Shown here in pieces: positions 26,876 through 30,326 of a DNA stretch of 30,326 bases. The notes below the pieces were generated by a model. It was not told where the DNA came from. It did no database searches and was given only the letters and a program-made list of their open reading frames with translations. Each line of letters begins with the position of its first letter. Within the stretch, counting starts at the first letter, position 1. The stretch spans positions 1 to 30,326 of IMG/VR virus record IMGVR_UViG_3300030433_000533; one strand, given 5' to 3'. Position numbers and translations under genes: made by a program. Origin of the DNA: a virus (Duplodnaviria > Caudoviricetes).

Positions 26876-26900
26876 TAATTCCGAAGGTGACTTCGGTTTT
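26876..26900. promoter_or_regulatory. Palindromic motif copy 5 (between RNAP stop and SSB RBS)
   Basis: TAATT-CCGAAG-GTGA-CTTCGG-TTTT. Confidence 0.75.
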
Positions 26901-29376
26901 AAGAGAAGAAGTGATCTGACTTCAGAACACTTTCGATATCAAAATCCCCTCGCTTCGGTACGTCTGGTAAACGGTCACGAAACTTAGAAGAAAGAAGGGG
27001 TTTAACATGGTCCCTAATTGCCTGTAGGTGATCGGTGTCACGATACAGTTCGACAAACGCCTCACGGGTACACTGACTTAGTATCGGTGTATCAACGGCA
27101 GTGGTCCCGTAGCTGTCGTGAATCATACAGAACGCTTGCACACCTTGATCCATCGCCTTGTTCATTGTCATGTACATGGCGCTTGCATCTAGGCTGTGAA
27201 TAAAGTTCGCAGCAATACCGTTGACCATCGCATGACGGTCATAGCGTTGCTCCTTCGCCACGTTAAGTGTCAGGCGTATCGAGTCACCAAGCAACCGCAT
27301 CTTCACCCGACTAGGCTTCATATCGTAGTAGGCTTGTCGAACGTACATGCCTGTCGGTGTAATCCAAGAGATCGGTATGCCGTCTTGAAGACAGACACTG
27401 GTCAGGTCTTGCAGGTATTTCATACCCACCATCGCACTGCCGACAGTCTGCTTGATCGATGCCCATATCTCATTCGTCAACCAGATGGCTTGCTTAAAAT
27501 ATTTTCCACCAAAAGGCTCGGGGATTCCTTGGTCGAGACGATCAGCAATCCACTCGTCAATGCCATCTGTCATGGAGAACCGCTTGGCACCATACGATAG
27601 CGTCATCGTTGGCGTCTTTGCCAAGGCACGATCCAGTCCGTAGTCCAACCATCCTTGCGCTATCTCTTTACCTTCGAGGTCAAGCTCAACGATACGCTTT
27701 AGTCGATCTATAAGAATGTCGAGCGCCGCTACGTAGGCATCTCCCGGTTTGTCGCCGGGTGCTAGGTTCACCAACTCTGCGGCAACGGGATCGAGCAGGT
27801 TCGCTGCCCAGTGCTGTATCGAATTGCATGTCCCGTCACGCATGACCGGGAGTGTCGTATAGAATGCGCTGCCGTCACGCTTCCATCCTAGCCACTCCTT
27901 ACAGAAGGCGAGGGCTGTAAAAGATTTCTTACCAGCCTCACACCAGAACCTGTTATCGAACGGGTTGTCACCTGCCTTACAGATTTCTTCGGAGTGCTGC
28001 TCGATCCACTCGACACGTTCATCGAGTGTGCCTTTGTCCTCCCCGAAAAGTGCAGCGCCGTAGATAGCAAGCTCTCTGGCACCCTCGTCAGTCATCGCCT
28101 TGCCTTCTGCGTCACCAAACCTCAACAGACTACGACCAAGGTCAGCGCCTTGAGGTTGAAGGTACGATGTCATCGGGTATGCCCTGCCTCTGAAGTCACA
28201 GGTGTAGACAAAGTACAGTTCGTCTTGGTCAACGAATTGTTGCGCGACCCTCAACGTATCTCCGACAAGGCGACGATGGCTTTTGCTTCTCGCTCTCTTG
28301 GTTCGAGCCTTTACCGCTGCATGTTTCCAGAGCTTCCGCGCTTCAGCGTTGGTCTCAATGTCCTGCGGCTTCGGTGGCAAGATCACTTCGCCTTGCGCTG
28401 GCAATCGACCGAGTGTGCTTTCGTTATCCCAAAGCTCTTGCACTACGTTGAGCATGTCCGCATCGACCCGCCATCGCGTGTCTTGCAGAGCGTTGATCGG
28501 TCGAAGCATGTCGGACAAATCGAAGTTGCTCAGTTCATGCAGATACTCATTGGAGTGTGTCTTGATGAGCGCAGGCTGTTTGATGTTTGGTGTGATGTAC
28601 CCACCCGTCATGTTTTTCGACGGGTCTCGATCAGGCATTACACCACCCCAAGGACGAGGACGCACCACCATCGGCAGGTACTCGGGTTCGTTGATACCTT
28701 GGAGAAAATCTTTGTGACCGATCCACTTCACTGCCTGTTCCGACAACTCAATGCACCACTTCTTCTTCTTTGGTTCTTGCTTGCGGTACATCTCGATCAA
28801 ATCGGTACGCTCATGAATAGCTTCGAGCATACGAACGCCGACCATCGCTCTCTGTTTCCGTGTCCACAGCGTCAGGTCGATGCCGTGTGTTGTAGCTGAC
28901 TGAAATAACTTTCGACGCTTGTAGCGATAGCCGTAGCTGCGCGAGAACACATCAGCGTAGGTGGTTTTATAGAGTTGCGGGTTTGCTTCCTCAAAGATAC
29001 GAGCCTTGATTTCATCTTCGATCTTGCGTCCGACATCGATGGCAACGGTTGTAAGGTTCGTTGTCTTGAAGGTTGAGTTCAGCATAGCTGACAAAGCTAT
29101 ACCCGCTGCGACATCAGGTTCGATTATCTGAAGCAGTTTTATCGCCTCAACTTTTCGACCTGCCTTGCCGTTATCCATGACCTCTTCCGTCTGTTCACGA
29201 ATCGTATCGGCAATCGTGTCGATGTAGTGAGCGACCATTGCACGACCAGATTTGGTCATGCTCATGTTCTCTGTTTCTTTGAGTTGTTTGTTACGCGACT
29301 TCACTCTCTCGATGCCGCGCTGTCTTGATTGCTTTTCGAGAGCAATTTGTTCGTTAAATTTTTTTCCTAAATCCAA
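26899..29376 (-). CDS. Single-subunit DNA-directed RNA polymerase (gp1-like)
   Basis: PMVVRPRPW, DFRGRAY, PQG, motif A DGTCNSIQH, motif B RALAKTPTMTLSYG, NFIHSLDA, motif C IHDSYGT; TTG start with GAGGA SD. Confidence 0.98.
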   Translation of the reverse strand: MDLGKKFNEQIALEKQSRQRGIERVKSRNKQLKETENMSMTKSGRAMVAHYIDTIADTIREQTEEVMDNGKAGRKVEAIKLLQIIEPDVAAGIALSAMLNSTFKTTNLTTVAIDVGRKIEDEIKARIFEEANPQLYKTTYADVFSRSYGYRYKRRKLFQSATTHGIDLTLWTRKQRAMVGVRMLEAIHERTDLIEMYRKQEPKKKKWCIELSEQAVKWIGHKDFLQGINEPEYLPMVVRPRPWGGVMPDRDPSKNMTGGYITPNIKQPALIKTHSNEYLHELSNFDLSDMLRPINALQDTRWRVDADMLNVVQELWDNESTLGRLPAQGEVILPPKPQDIETNAEARKLWKHAAVKARTKRARSKSHRRLVGDTLRVAQQFVDQDELYFVYTCDFRGRAYPMTSYLQPQGADLGRSLLRFGDAEGKAMTDEGARELAIYGAALFGEDKGTLDERVEWIEQHSEEICKAGDNPFDNRFWCEAGKKSFTALAFCKEWLGWKRDGSAFYTTLPVMRDGTCNSIQHWAANLLDPVAAELVNLAPGDKPGDAYVAALDILIDRLKRIVELDLEGKEIAQGWLDYGLDRALAKTPTMTLSYGAKRFSMTDGIDEWIADRLDQGIPEPFGGKYFKQAIWLTNEIWASIKQTVGSAMVGMKYLQDLTSVCLQDGIPISWITPTGMYVRQAYYDMKPSRVKMRLLGDSIRLTLNVAKEQRYDRHAMVNGIAANFIHSLDASAMYMTMNKAMDQGVQAFCMIHDSYGTTAVDTPILSQCTREAFVELYRDTDHLQAIRDHVKPLLSSKFRDRLPDVPKRGDFDIESVLKSDHFFS

Positions 29377-29492
29377 CGCTATATCCTCTGTAATGTGTCA
29401 AAGGATGATTGCGAAGGTGTATTCGACGCAGATGTTGGTATTGATAGGGTAGTGAGGCCACGCTTGCGGTGGTGTATTGGCTATACAGCGGT

Positions 29493-29529
29493 TTTGCAGT
29501 CCTCCGCATAACCACTCTGCCACCGGACC
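29493..29529 (-). other. 5' half of tRNA-Cys(GCA) (att identity block; not a complete tRNA)
   Basis: GGTCCGG-TG-GCAGAGTGGTTATGC-G-GAGGA-CTGCAAA: acceptor 5' strand, D arm, 5' anticodon stem and GCA loop; then ACCGC instead of TCCTC; no T arm. Confidence 0.85.
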
Positions 29530-29538
29530 TTCGTTTAA

Positions 29539-29551
29539 TATCAATAACTTA
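29539..29551 (+). promoter_or_regulatory. Putative IHF binding site
   Basis: TATCAATAACTTA matches the consensus WATCAANNNNTTR, next to the att block. Confidence 0.6.
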
Positions 29552-29601
29552 GCTACGTTTCGTACACCTTCGACAACCACTCTTCGGTTGTGCGGAGGAA
29601 G

Positions 29602-30326
29602 TTAATCCTCTGCCGCAAAACTCTCAAGCATATTCACACCATCTCGAATATCTCTTGAGGACATCTTAGCGTAACGCTCAGTTACCTTGATCGAGCTATG
29701 ACCTAGCCACTTCTTAATCTTAGCTAGTTCAAGTCCTTTCTGAACTAAACGTGACGCTGTTGTGTGACGAGTAACGTAGGGCGTGATCGATTTGTCACCG
29801 TCGAACACATCCCGTCGTGCTTTCTTCCACCAGTAATAAACGTGATTGTAGTCCAGTCCTTCAAAAAGTGTGGACTGATTCGACCTGCGTTGCACTAACT
29901 CAACGCATCGCCGCGTCAAAGGTATCACCCTCGACTTGGCATTCTTGGTGAAGAAAGAGTTACCGTCTTCATCTTGATCGTGTTCATCGAAGAGACAGGC
30001 TACAGTTAAATCACCAGCAGCAACGTGTTCAGGTCTTGCTGCCTCCTGTTCTCCAAACCTCAAGCCTGTATCGAGAGCGAAGCGGGTGTGATCTACGAGA
30101 TCGTCCCTACCTCTGTCCTCGAAGTAACACAACAGCTTCCGCTCCTCGTCAGGGAACAACCACCGTAGCCTTCCTTCAGGCTCTTTGAGATGTACCCACT
30201 CAGGTTTGTCTGCCATCGCTACACGATCTGCTACCGAAGCTGCCTTCCACATCCGCGAGATAGCAGACATGCGTCGATTGATTGCTGAATCTTTCAGCCC
30301 TCCATCACGCATAGACTGTTGATACG
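29602..30326 (-). CDS. int: Tyrosine recombinase / integrase (5' end outside the window)
   Basis: SAINRRMSAIS, TGLRFGE (catalytic R), TKN (K), YVTRHT, LGHS...TERY; frame stays open to the window edge. Confidence 0.93.
   Translation of the reverse strand, partial: YQQSMRDGGLKDSAINRRMSAISRMWKAASVADRVAMADKPEWVHLKEPEGRLRWLFPDEERKLLCYFEDRGRDDLVDHTRFALDTGLRFGEQEAARPEHVAAGDLTVACLFDEHDQDEDGNSFFTKNAKSRVIPLTRRCVELVQRRSNQSTLFEGLDYNHVYYWWKKARRDVFDGDKSITPYVTRHTTASRLVQKGLELAKIKKWLGHSSIKVTERYAKMSSRDIRDGVNMLESFAAED

Larger units (their letters stand above)
29412..29572. mobile_element. Phage attachment site attP
   Basis: Intergenic between integrase and RNAP; contains a tRNA-Cys 5' fragment, an IHF consensus and inverted repeat CGAAGGTGTA (29412-29421) / TACACCTTCG (29563-29572). 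Confidence 0.8.

Noticed and set aside
4299-26900. Palindrome copies as a CRISPR array or plain intrinsic terminators
   Set aside because: Copies are kilobases apart with no spacer periodicity; the T-run is on the non-coding strand and the primary sequence is conserved, which a simple terminator does not need.
27994-28899. 301-aa plus-strand ORF
   Set aside because: Entirely antisense to the RNA polymerase, no recognisable motifs; a codon-bias shadow, like the other plus-strand ORFs in the track.
29455-29529. Complete phage tRNA-Cys gene
   Set aside because: 3' anticodon stem, T arm (GTTCRA) and 3' acceptor strand are absent.
29398-29580. 60-aa ORF between integrase and RNAP (possible excisionase or repressor)
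   Set aside because: Runs through the tRNA fragment and att repeats and shows no HTH-like pattern; better explained as attP DNA, though not strictly excluded.

Overview
About 30 kb of a T7-like (Autographiviridae-type) podovirus genome with all genes on the minus strand, probably a temperate marine phage. From right to left: tyrosine integrase (5'-truncated), an intact attP containing the 5' half of a tRNA-Cys(GCA), single-subunit RNA polymerase, SSB, endonuclease I, amidase, primase/helicase, family A DNA polymerase, a free-standing LAGLIDADG endonuclease, exonuclease, DUF3310, class II ribonucleotide reductase, portal, a basic unknown protein, scaffold, major capsid, tail tubes A/B, internal virion proteins, tail fibre, 3TM holin, small basic proteins and the start of the small terminase. 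Main observations: (1) the capsid gene is split by a 191-nt ORF-less group I intron closely resembling tRNA-type IC3 introns, and splicing restores an in-frame 320-aa capsid; (2) a palindrome CCGAAG-N4-CTTCGG with conserved flanks occurs five times, three of them directly before SSB, capsid and tail fibre; (3) attP carries the tRNA 5' half, with an IHF consensus and a 10-bp inverted repeat centred on the homology boundary; (4) the DNA polymerase has no canonical start before its Exo I motif and appears to start at an ATT overlapping the upstream TAG, a junction repeated at the next gene; (5) polymerase motif B has FS instead of the conserved YG. All family calls come from motif recognition by eye; no searches were run.
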